This document shows, piece after piece, positions 1-8,333 of a stretch of 64,000 bases of DNA (its first letter is position 1; every line of letters starts with the position of its first letter). Origin of the DNA: an uncultured Desulfosporosinus sp. (lineage in GTDB: Bacteria > Bacillota > Desulfitobacteriia > Desulfitobacteriales > Desulfitobacteriaceae); NCBI GenBank assembly GCA_927405585.1, contig CAKMJS010000060.1, positions 14,883 to 78,882 of the forward strand, given 5' to 3'. The notes beneath the pieces are model-generated. The model made no database searches. It was given only the letters and a program-made list of their open reading frames with translations, and was not told where the DNA came from. Position numbers and translations under genes: made by a program.

Positions 1-228
1 ATCCTTCTTTTCTGGGGTTTTTTTGTTGTACCCTTTTTTGTCCTGCATTGAATACGAAACCTTTCAACCTTAACCACAGGCCAGATTATAATAAATAACA
101 CTTAATTATAGCATTAAAAACAAAAATATTTATCAATTATGGAGGGTTAATTAAATTTTATGATTATAGTTTCTCAAAACGGTGAAATAACCATAGAAAG
201 GGAAAACTAATTGAAGGACTGTTTATGG

Positions 229-298
229 TTACATTTCATGACGAAAAACAACCGTTTCATGCGGGTGGCAATTTATTTCAAATATCTCAAGCTATAAT
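229..298 (+). promoter_or_regulatory. Direct-repeat operator (LytTR-type) plus -10 box, copy 1
   Basis: CATTTCATG (232-240) and CGTTTCATG (253-261), 21-bp period; TATAAT at 293-298; five more copies in the window. Confidence 0.8.
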
Positions 299-343
299 AT
301 TAATAAATCTAGATGGAAAATAATATTTTAAAAAAGGAGATTT

Positions 344-877
344 ATGATGAAAAAGATTATGACTCTAACTACCACTATCGCATTATTATTTGTTATGACA
401 GTTAGCCTTGCTGGTTGTGGTGCAGAAGAGAGTACAACTAGCCCATCAGTGAGTTTGGTTGATGTCACTACGGATCAAGGCATTAGCATGAAGCTTCCAA
501 GTGATATGACAAAGCAAGATAATGGTGCTTATGTTAACATGAAAACTGGTGATACTGTAAATTGTGGGGTAGGAGAGACTGCTGGAAAACTGCTTTCTGA
601 CTGGAAAGAAGAAAATGTGTCAGCGACCTACGCATCTAAATATGAAGATATTGTAATTAAAAGCTTTGAAAATGGTAAAAGAATCAATGGTAAAGAAGCT
701 CTTCAATCTACGTTGACTTTAAAAACTCCAAAAGGCAATGCTCTTACAACTACATTAGTTATCGTTACTGATGGCACTAATAATAATATTATATCTTTAA
801 GTTATGGAAGTGCTAACACAGACGGCGCACTTGCCCAAAATCTACAAGCTTGTATTGACAGTATAACGATTAAATAA
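344..877 (+). CDS. Lipoprotein of unknown function, paralog A
   Basis: AAGGAG RBS, signal peptide with lipobox SLAGC; shares NGKEA, TLVIVTDG and LQACIDSITI with 3349-3900 and 12230-13177. Confidence 0.85.
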   Translation: MMKKIMTLTTTIALLFVMTVSLAGCGAEESTTSPSVSLVDVTTDQGISMKLPSDMTKQDNGAYVNMKTGDTVNCGVGETAGKLLSDWKEENVSATYASKYEDIVIKSFENGKRINGKEALQSTLTLKTPKGNALTTTLVIVTDGTNNNIISLSYGSANTDGALAQNLQACIDSITIK

Positions 878-923
878 GGCAATAAAGTTTTAATAAAGAC
901 AGATAACATTTCTGTCTTTTTTT

Positions 924-954
924 AAGCCCCGCCCGTATCTGCGGCCGGGGCTTT
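924..954 (+). terminator. Intrinsic terminator-like hairpin
   Basis: AAGCCCCGCC...GGCCGGGGCTTT after the stop; related copy at 3944-3973. Confidence 0.7.
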
Positions 955-1025
955 GCTATAACCAGCTCGGAAAATGTTTATCTGGAGCTTAGAACGCTAT
1001 AAAAATTGAAAACGGAGGAATAAGC

Positions 1026-1574
1026 ATGTCTTATATCATTGCAATTGGAGTCATTATTGGGATACTTGTTTTCTGGGTAATTTCAGTGCAGCGTACCTTT
1101 GTGGTATTGGATGAAAACATTAATAATGCGATGTCACAAATTGGTGTTCAGCTATCCTCACGCTGGGATGCCTTAGCTTCCCTTTTAGATTTAACCAAAG
1201 GGTATGCCGCTCACGAATACAAAACGATGACAGATACCATTAAAGCAAGACGCGCGATCACGAGGGACTCTTCACCTGAGGATGTAAAACAACAGGAGAA
1301 TTTCCTGGTAGAGGCGTTGGGGAAAATTATGGCGGTGGCAGAAAGCTATCCTGATTTAAAGGCGGATCAGACCTACATCAAAACAATGGATTCTGTGAAT
1401 CAATATGAAAACATCGTGCGTACCAGTAGGCTGATTTACAACGATAATGTGACAAAGTTAAATCGTGCCATCCGTATGTTCCCTGCATCGATGATTGCAG
1501 GTATTCTTGGTTTTGCAAAGCGCGCTTATTTAGAGGCAGTGGAGGAAAAAGCCAATATGCCGAGTATGAAGTAA
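1026..1574 (+). CDS. lemA: LemA family protein
   Basis: N-terminal TM, then QLSSRWD, AVAESYPDLKAD, YNDNVTKLNRAIRMFPASMIA, typical of LemA; GGAGGA RBS. Confidence 0.9.
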   Translation: MSYIIAIGVIIGILVFWVISVQRTFVVLDENINNAMSQIGVQLSSRWDALASLLDLTKGYAAHEYKTMTDTIKARRAITRDSSPEDVKQQENFLVEALGKIMAVAESYPDLKADQTYIKTMDSVNQYENIVRTSRLIYNDNVTKLNRAIRMFPASMIAGILGFAKRAYLEAVEEKANMPSMK

Positions 1575-1602
1575 GTATTAACAGGAAAATGGAGGAGTCT
1601 AA

Positions 1603-3291
1603 GTGAAAAAAATTATTACCACTCTATTTTGTGCGTTATTGCTGCTTGCTTTCATGTCCCCAGCCGCCTTGGGAGCTAATAAGGTATCTGACATCAAGGT
1701 TGATGTTGTCATTTATAAGGATGGCTCGGCCTATATCACCCAGACATGGAATTGTAATTTCACGGAGGGCACGGAGGGCTATATTCCCATAGAGAATTTA
1801 GGTGAGATGAGCCTATCGGACCTTCTTGTTTCCGATGCAAGCGGCCCCTATACGCTCATGAAAGATTGGGATGTAAAAGCCAGCTTTAAAGAAAAAGCAG
1901 GAAAATTGGGGTTGGTAAAAACCAATAAGGGCTACGAGCTTTGCTGGGGAATCAGCGAATATGGGGAAAAACGCTATGCCATTGAGTACAAAATCAATCA
2001 GTTTGTTGGTGGGTATACGGATTTCGACGGTTTTAATTTCCAGTTTATCAACCCAGGTATGGGGACCTTGCCTACGGATGTAACGGTAAAAATTACCATG
2101 CAGGATGGAGTAAAGCTGGATGCTAATCACGCTGGAATATGGGCGTTTGGTTTTGACGGGCAAATCAATTTTGAAAACGGTCAAGTAGTAGCTTATACCA
2201 AAAAACCCTTATCCTCGAAGACTGATAGCGTAATTATACTGTTACAGCTCAATAAAGGCTTGATTAACCCCACAAGAGTGGTGGACAAATCCTTTGAAGC
2301 TGTAAAAGCACAGGCATTTAAAGGCAGCGATTACGATGATAAGACAGGTACGGGTGGAAGTTCTTCTGTACTGTCTGAGGAGGAGCTTGGCCCTTATGAT
2401 GTTGTTATAGGATTTGCGATCATGGCTCTTCCTGTTGTTGTAATTATCTATTTTCTGGCACGAAAAGGGAAACGGAAAAAGAAGATACTCGCCCTTTATA
2501 AGAATGCGGATTATTTTCGGGAAACACCTATCGCAGGGAATTTAGAAGCTGCCTTTGTATTAGCAAGGGATTTTGATCAAACAGACGATGACGGGGATCT
2601 TATCGGTTCGGCATTTCTAAAGCTGATTAACGCAGGTTGTCTGGAGCCTATGAGTGAGAAGACGGTTGGTTTGTTTGGCAAAGAAAAAGAGAGCATTTCC
2701 CTAAGACTTGACCATCCACCCCAGTTTACAGGGCTAGCGACAAAGATGCTCTATGATGTATTGGTTTTAGCCAGCAGCAGCGACCAGATTTTACAAGAGC
2801 GTGAGCTGGAAAACTATTGTAAAACAAATCATACAACTATCATGGGCATTATCGAAGCTGCAAAGCAAGACGGTCAAAATACGTTAATGATAATTGATAG
2901 CTATGACCCCTCAAAACAAGCAAAACCTTTAGGGCTTTCACAGCGCGGAGAAAATTTGCTCATAAATATTATGGGCTTTAAGAAATATCTCCTTGAGTTC
3001 TCCCTGATTGGCGAGAGGTCAATTGCCGAAAGTATCATTTGGCAGGATTACCTTACCTTTGCAACACTGTTAGGCATTGCGGATAAGGTGATCGAACAAT
3101 TTGAAAAGGTCTATCCAAATGCGACCCAATATAGCGAAAACGCCCAACATTATTATCTGCTTGCCCATAGATACACCAGAGCATCCTACCATGCGGCACA
3201 AACGGCACGTTCCTCAGGGAGTGGCGGAAGAAGCTCCTTTGGTGGTGGCGGTGGTTTTAGCGGTGGTGGCAGTGGCGGTGGAACACGATAA
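1603..3291 (+). CDS. DUF2207-family membrane protein
   Basis: Signal peptide, extracellular domain, TM helix, GFKKYLLEFS/WQDYL motifs, Gly-rich tail GGGGGFSGGGSGGG; usual LemA partner; GTG start with GGAGG RBS. Confidence 0.8.
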   Translation: MKKIITTLFCALLLLAFMSPAALGANKVSDIKVDVVIYKDGSAYITQTWNCNFTEGTEGYIPIENLGEMSLSDLLVSDASGPYTLMKDWDVKASFKEKAGKLGLVKTNKGYELCWGISEYGEKRYAIEYKINQFVGGYTDFDGFNFQFINPGMGTLPTDVTVKITMQDGVKLDANHAGIWAFGFDGQINFENGQVVAYTKKPLSSKTDSVIILLQLNKGLINPTRVVDKSFEAVKAQAFKGSDYDDKTGTGGSSSVLSEEELGPYDVVIGFAIMALPVVVIIYFLARKGKRKKKILALYKNADYFRETPIAGNLEAAFVLARDFDQTDDDGDLIGSAFLKLINAGCLEPMSEKTVGLFGKEKESISLRLDHPPQFTGLATKMLYDVLVLASSSDQILQERELENYCKTNHTTIMGIIEAAKQDGQNTLMIIDSYDPSKQAKPLGLSQRGENLLINIMGFKKYLLEFSLIGERSIAESIIWQDYLTFATLLGIADKVIEQFEKVYPNATQYSENAQHYYLLAHRYTRASYHAAQTARSSGSGGRSSFGGGGGFSGGGSGGGTR

Positions 3292-3348
3292 AAACTATAG
3301 TTAGGAAAGACACAATAAGAGAAAAATAAAATTGAAAGGGGATTGCGC

Positions 3349-3900
3349 ATGAGAAAGATTCTTGTTTTAACGACCATGATCGCACTATTATTCGTTACGT
3401 CATTTATCCTTGTTGGCTGTGGCGGAGACACGAGTACCCCTAGCGTGCCAGCGAGTACCTCAGGCACATCGTCGAGTTTGGTTGAGGTTACTTCCACTGA
3501 AGGCATTAATCTTAAGATTCCAAGCAAATGGGTAAGGCAAGCTGATGGTATTTATATTGACAAGCAAACGGGTGAAAATGTAGCGTTTGATGTAGTCGAC
3601 GCTGCCGGAAACCAGATTTCCACCTATACAGAGGACACTCTTTTAAACACATACCAAGGCGCCTATAAAAATGTTGCCATTAAAAGCTTTAAAAATGGGT
3701 TACAACTTAACGGTAAAGAAGCGCTTCAAACTCAGATTACTTTAACAACGGCAGAAGGCGATGATCTTACACTGACATTAGTTATCGTTACTGATGGCAC
3801 GAAGAATTATCTTATCAACTTCACTAATGAAAGTGCTAATACAGACGGCTCACTTGCTAAATATCTACAAGCTTGTATTGACAGTATAACGATTAAGTAA
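3349..3900 (+). CDS. Lipoprotein of unknown function, paralog B
   Basis: Lipobox ILVGC; 3' DNA nearly identical to paralog A (CTACAAGCTTGTATTGACAGTATAACGATTAA); ATG 3349 chosen from AAAGGGGA RBS. Confidence 0.85.
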   Translation: MRKILVLTTMIALLFVTSFILVGCGGDTSTPSVPASTSGTSSSLVEVTSTEGINLKIPSKWVRQADGIYIDKQTGENVAFDVVDAAGNQISTYTEDTLLNTYQGAYKNVAIKSFKNGLQLNGKEALQTQITLTTAEGDDLTLTLVIVTDGTKNYLINFTNESANTDGSLAKYLQACIDSITIK

Positions 3901-3943
3901 GGTAGCAAAAAAGACAGATGATTGAGAATATAACTAACTTTTT

Positions 3944-3973
3944 AAGCCCCGCCTTATCGACAGGCGGGGTTTT
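3944..3973 (+). terminator. Intrinsic terminator
   Basis: AAGCCCCGCC-TTATCGACA-GGCGGGGTTTT. Confidence 0.75.
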
Positions 3974-4048
3974 GCTGTACGGTACCATAGATCCAAATAC
4001 AGAGGGACTATAGTGCATGGTCAAGATCCTTTGACAATGCATCTGTTT

Positions 4049-4119
4049 GTTCATTTCATGACGTAAAAGATACATCTCATGCAAGTGATGAAATGTAAGA
4101 AAGCTTTTTAGCTTATACT
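4049..4119 (+). promoter_or_regulatory. Direct-repeat operator plus -10 box, copy 2
   Basis: CATTTCATG 4052-4060, CATCTCATG 4073-4081; TATACT 4114-4119. Confidence 0.75.
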
Positions 4120-4168
4120 AACTATGTCAGTCTTATGACATATAAAAAATATTGGAGGGAAAAACATA

Positions 4169-4612
4169 ATGAAGAGAATTATTCCACTGCTACTTGTCCT
4201 TATCTTAACAACTGGTATGCTTGCTGGGTGCGGCGGAGAAACAACCCCAACGGCAGCACCAGAAAAGCCAGCAGAATCCCAAGAAACAACAAAACCTGCT
4301 GATTCCAAGGATGCATCTGTAATGGAGGAGCTTAGAAAGTTAAAGGAGCTCGAGGGCAAGAATATAAAACTTGTAGAGGTTTATAATGAAGTTGCAACTT
4401 TAGCAATTAAAAATGGTTGGGATAAAGATGAATTAACATTAAAAGAATTAAACGCCGTTAATGCTACCCTACAAACATTTAACTCTATGATCAAAGATCC
4501 ATCGTCCGCTCACGGTGCTGACTTAGACGAAATATTAAGTGCGGCTGATGAATTAACTACAGAATTAAACACGAATATTAGGAAAAGAGTTTCGGTGCCA
4601 TTCGCAAAATAA
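4169..4612 (+). CDS. Small helical lipoprotein, unknown function
   Basis: GGAGGGA RBS, lipobox MLAGC, Pro/Ala/Glu linker. Confidence 0.8.
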   Translation: MKRIIPLLLVLILTTGMLAGCGGETTPTAAPEKPAESQETTKPADSKDASVMEELRKLKELEGKNIKLVEVYNEVATLAIKNGWDKDELTLKELNAVNATLQTFNSMIKDPSSAHGADLDEILSAADELTTELNTNIRKRVSVPFAK

Positions 4613-4652
4613 AGGGATAAGAGAAATCTAATCGCATACCCCTAAGCAAAAG

Positions 4653-4721
4653 AAACTAGACCTAGGAGGAGATAAGCTCTTCTAGGTCTAGTTTCGCGTC
4701 TTGGGGAGAAGTTCGTTAAAC
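4653..4721. repeat. Palindromic intergenic repeat, copy 1 (probably also a bidirectional terminator)
   Basis: AAACTAGACCTAG...CTAGGTCTAGTTT followed by TCTTGGGGAGAAGTTCGTTA; second copy at 12010-12085. Confidence 0.75.
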
Positions 4722-5828
4722 GCTTACTTCGCGAATGTCAGGAATTTGATCGTCTACATAAATTTTTCTCCGCTTCCTTCGTTGGTAAGATACTTCGAGC
4801 AGAAGGCCGATCATGAAAGGAATGATGGTGAGCAAAATCATCCCTAGGACCAGTTCCCACAACTCATCCGGTGGGGGAGCATCGCCATAAAAGACGAGCA
4901 GCCAGAGCAGCCCGGTAGAAATAAGCAGGAGCCTGCTGATCCAGGCTTTCCACTTTTCCTTCTTTGGAACCAGATACTTTCTGGCGTCGCTGTCGGTGAG
5001 AATATCTTCAGAACGGTAATTTGTGAACGGAATCGCGTGAGGCTGAGCGTTGCTGGTAATCGCAGGAGAAACAAGTATCTGAACGGATAAGCCACCCGCC
5101 GTCGCAGGGCTAGAATTCGTGACCACGGGTGTAGCTGAAGTCTGTGCTACCTGATCTCCGGGAATCAACATCTGTCTGCCCCGGTTCAAAACCTTGTAAC
5201 CGGTGTAGTAAATTATGCCCACCAGGGGGATAAAGAGCAGGGTAAGCATGCTGTCAGCGGAAACAAGGGTGTTAAAGAGCGCGTGGGTCAGGTAAGCAAG
5301 AAGAAGACCACGGAAGATAATGCGCTTTGGTTTCAGTCGATACATAAACCTGGCCAGGCCAGCGTGATAACCGATGATTATCCCACAAAAGGCATGAAGA
5401 GGAATAGATGTGAACGCCCGCATCACACCGGTGGAAAAACCATGATCTAATACATAGAAGATGTTTTCAAGAAGAGCAAAGCCAAGCGCTCCGGCACCAT
5501 AGTAGACGATGCCATCAATAATTTCATTGTAAAAAGCCTTTTTCCTGATAAAGAGATAGATGAAGAAGAACTTAGCAAGTTCTTCCGAAGGGGCAACCAG
5601 AAGAAATGACTCGTAAAAGCGGCCATCAAGGCCGGGTAGGGTAAAAATGGGCACGGATTCAAAAGCCAGCTCGATTATGATAGCCGGAATAATGCTCATA
5701 GCACCTATGACCATCGCCAGTATGACATTTTTCAGCGATTCCGGTTCATTTCTGTCCATCCAGTAGATAAGAACCATTAAAGTAGCCGGTGGCGCGATGG
5801 CCAGGAGAAGTAGCAATATTGTGCTCAT
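4716..5828 (-). CDS. prsW: PrsW-family intramembrane metalloprotease with C-terminal extension
   Basis: APSEELAKF, GALGFALLENIFY, RAFTSIPLHAFCG and HALFN motifs; extra ~130 aa with two more hydrophobic segments. Confidence 0.85.
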   Translation of the reverse strand: MSTILLLLLAIAPPATLMVLIYWMDRNEPESLKNVILAMVIGAMSIIPAIIIELAFESVPIFTLPGLDGRFYESFLLVAPSEELAKFFFIYLFIRKKAFYNEIIDGIVYYGAGALGFALLENIFYVLDHGFSTGVMRAFTSIPLHAFCGIIIGYHAGLARFMYRLKPKRIIFRGLLLAYLTHALFNTLVSADSMLTLLFIPLVGIIYYTGYKVLNRGRQMLIPGDQVAQTSATPVVTNSSPATAGGLSVQILVSPAITSNAQPHAIPFTNYRSEDILTDSDARKYLVPKKEKWKAWISRLLLISTGLLWLLVFYGDAPPPDELWELVLGMILLTIIPFMIGLLLEVSYQRRKRRKIYVDDQIPDIREVSV

Positions 5829-5872
5829 AGTTATTACTCCTGTTTCAATAAGTGTAGGCTTTTTTAGTATCC

Positions 5873-5952
5873 ATTATACCAGAATCGTTACAAAAGAAAC
5901 GTCTAAATTGACCGACCTGCACGACATGTTGTTTTTACGTCATGAAACGTAA
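5873..5952 (-). promoter_or_regulatory. Direct-repeat operator plus -10 box, copy 3 (minus strand, upstream of prsW)
   Basis: Minus strand TTACGTTTCATGACGTAAAAACAACATGTCGTGC (5952-5919); TATAAT at 5878-5873, about one helical turn farther than in other copies. Confidence 0.7.
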
Positions 5953-6180
5953 CTTTAGAGGGGTGAATAGATGCTAGACTATATATTGTGGTAGAAAAGC
6001 AATGCAGCTACCATGCATATAATGGGCTGTGCTTCTTTATCGCTGAAAGCGGGGTTTTCTAGAGCACGAGTTATTCTGTGAGGACTGCAGAAAGGCGCTT
6101 GTCTGTGCTTCCTGCTGTTAATTGTGGAACTAAATAAGAAAGCAGGTCTTAATTTATGAAAAAGACAATCGGGGAGAAAA

Positions 6181-8124
6181 ATGAAAAGAAATAGAATCAT
6201 GGTCTTCTTTACGGTACTTGTTGTAACAAATTTTATGCTATTTAACACCTGCGCAATTGCAGCCACCCCCTCGATAAATTCAACACAAACACCGGAGGTC
6301 ACAAGGATTTGGGGAGCAGATAGGTATGAAACAGCCAAAGCGATTGCCGAAAAATATAGCAGCGATACCGTAGAAAATATTGTCCTTGTTCCTGGAAATA
6401 GTTTTGCGAATGCTCTTCCGGCAGCAGTTTTAGCGTATCAAAAAAAAGCAGCCTTACTTTTAGTAGGGCCCAGTGCCAATCAAACGAAAGAAGCCTTTGA
6501 TTTCATTGCCAAGCACTTAAATGCTGCCGGCATGGTCTACCTTGTGGGGGACAGGGATCAAATAGAAATAGATTTTGAGAGTAAATTAGCGGATATCGGG
6601 TGTGCAAACATTACGAGAATCAGCGGTGAAAACAAGATTGAAACAGACCATTTGATTGCCAAAGAATTGAATGTGCAGATAGGGACACCAATTGTTATTG
6701 CTGCTAGTGAAAATTTTCCCGATCCCCTATCGATTTCCAGCATTGCTGCATCCAATGGCTGGCCGATACTTTTTAGCGAGAACAATCGACTACCGGATTC
6801 AATTAAAGACTATATAAGTTCAATTAAACCTTCCCAATTCTATATTACCGGGGGAACAGCGGCAGTATCTGCTGAAGTGGAAGCGGAGTTAAAGCAGATT
6901 CAACCGGATGCGGAATTCATACGATTCGCCGGCAAAGACAGATATGATACCTCGCGTCAGATCGCCAATTATTTTGCTCCGGGTGCCTCCAATATTTATA
7001 TAGCATCCGGTCTCCAATTTCCAGATGCTATAACGGGAGGCATGCTCGCCGCCCAAACCAAAGCCCCTGTATTATTGATCAACCCTAGTGCACAGGTTCA
7101 AGAACTTTCCAAGTTTCGAACCGTATCAACGATTACCTGCTTCGGTGGGACGCAGGCTTTATCGGCTGAATTAGTAAGAGGATTGAGGCAGAAAAGTAGT
7201 GTAGTCAATCCTTATGTAGAATATAGCTATGAGCAAATGCGCAAGGACGCGGCAACAATTCAAGAACTTTATCCTGAGGCTGTACAATTAGAAACTATAG
7301 GCCAATCTGTAGAAAGTAGAGAGCTGTTACTTCTTAAACTTGGCAAGGGAGAAAAGAAAGTCTTTCTGAATGGCAGTATGCATGCCAGGGAATATATGAC
7401 GACCTCTTTCCTGATGAAAATGATTGATGAATACGCCTATGCCTATACCTATGATGAAGCATTCGATAGTTATAATGTCAAAACGCTTTTGGACAATGTA
7501 ACACTCTACATCGTGCCCATGGTCAATCCGGACGGGGTCAATTTAGTGCAAAACGGGTTATCAGCCGTAAATAATCCTCAAAAAGTTAAGCAAATGCGTC
7601 TATTCTATCCACAATTGGGTTACGCCAGTTGGAAGGCGAATATCAACGGTGTAGACCTCAATCGAAATTTTCCGGTCGGTTGGGATGTAAAATCAAGCGA
7701 TACCCAGGTTCCAAGTTCACAAAACTATAAAGGAACCCAACCCATGACCGAACCTGAAGTAATGGCTGTCATGGATCTAGTTAAAAATAATAGCTTTATG
7801 ATTGTCGTGTCCTATCATACCCAAGGCGAATATATTTTTTGGTCGGATAAAAACTGCGGTTCTTTTAATGATCTATTAGAACCGATGACAAACAGACTTG
7901 TAAACCTCACCGGATATGAAAAAGGAGGGAAAATACATACCTCAGGAAATTGGGGTGCTGGGATTGCGGATTGGACCCGGTCACTCAAAATTCCGACCTT
8001 TACCCTTGAGCTCTGTCCATATCGCAGCGATATTCCTTATCCTGATTCAGGGTTTGATGATGTTTGGGAAAGGGTAAAGGATACAGGATTGTTTTTTGCA
8101 CAAGAGGCAATGCCAAGACCATGA
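6181..8124 (+). CDS. Cell wall-binding repeat 2 (CWB2) protein with C-terminal M14 zinc carboxypeptidase domain
   Basis: RIWGADRYETA and RFAGKDRYDTS CWB2 repeats; HARE zinc motif, NPDG, NINGVDLNRNF, SYHTQG, TFTLEL. Confidence 0.9.
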   Translation: MKRNRIMVFFTVLVVTNFMLFNTCAIAATPSINSTQTPEVTRIWGADRYETAKAIAEKYSSDTVENIVLVPGNSFANALPAAVLAYQKKAALLLVGPSANQTKEAFDFIAKHLNAAGMVYLVGDRDQIEIDFESKLADIGCANITRISGENKIETDHLIAKELNVQIGTPIVIAASENFPDPLSISSIAASNGWPILFSENNRLPDSIKDYISSIKPSQFYITGGTAAVSAEVEAELKQIQPDAEFIRFAGKDRYDTSRQIANYFAPGASNIYIASGLQFPDAITGGMLAAQTKAPVLLINPSAQVQELSKFRTVSTITCFGGTQALSAELVRGLRQKSSVVNPYVEYSYEQMRKDAATIQELYPEAVQLETIGQSVESRELLLLKLGKGEKKVFLNGSMHAREYMTTSFLMKMIDEYAYAYTYDEAFDSYNVKTLLDNVTLYIVPMVNPDGVNLVQNGLSAVNNPQKVKQMRLFYPQLGYASWKANINGVDLNRNFPVGWDVKSSDTQVPSSQNYKGTQPMTEPEVMAVMDLVKNNSFMIVVSYHTQGEYIFWSDKNCGSFNDLLEPMTNRLVNLTGYEKGGKIHTSGNWGAGIADWTRSLKIPTFTLELCPYRSDIPYPDSGFDDVWERVKDTGLFFAQEAMPRP

Positions 8125-8155
8125 CTTTCCTCCGTGCTTACCGAGAAATAATTGG

Positions 8156-8194
8156 GAATTACTTGACGGCGGCATTATTACACCGGAGGAATTT
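8156..8194 (+). pseudogene. Scar of a SHOCT-domain gene 3' end
   Basis: Translates ELLDGGIITPEEF (SHOCT-like), has no start, and runs straight into the operator box. Confidence 0.45.
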
Positions 8195-8262
8195 ACATCT
8201 CATGACGAAAAACAACCACTTCATGCAGACGGCAACTGATTTCCAATATTCTATGTTATGGT
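8193..8262 (+). promoter_or_regulatory. Direct-repeat operator plus extended -10, copy 4
   Basis: CATCTCATG 8196-8204, CACTTCATG 8217-8225; TG-T-TATGGT at 8254-8262. Confidence 0.75.
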
Positions 8263-8333
8263 AACGAAGAAGTAATATCCGAGAAAAGACTCTGTAATTT
8301 AGATGCGAAAAAAAACGAAAAGGAGAATAATCA

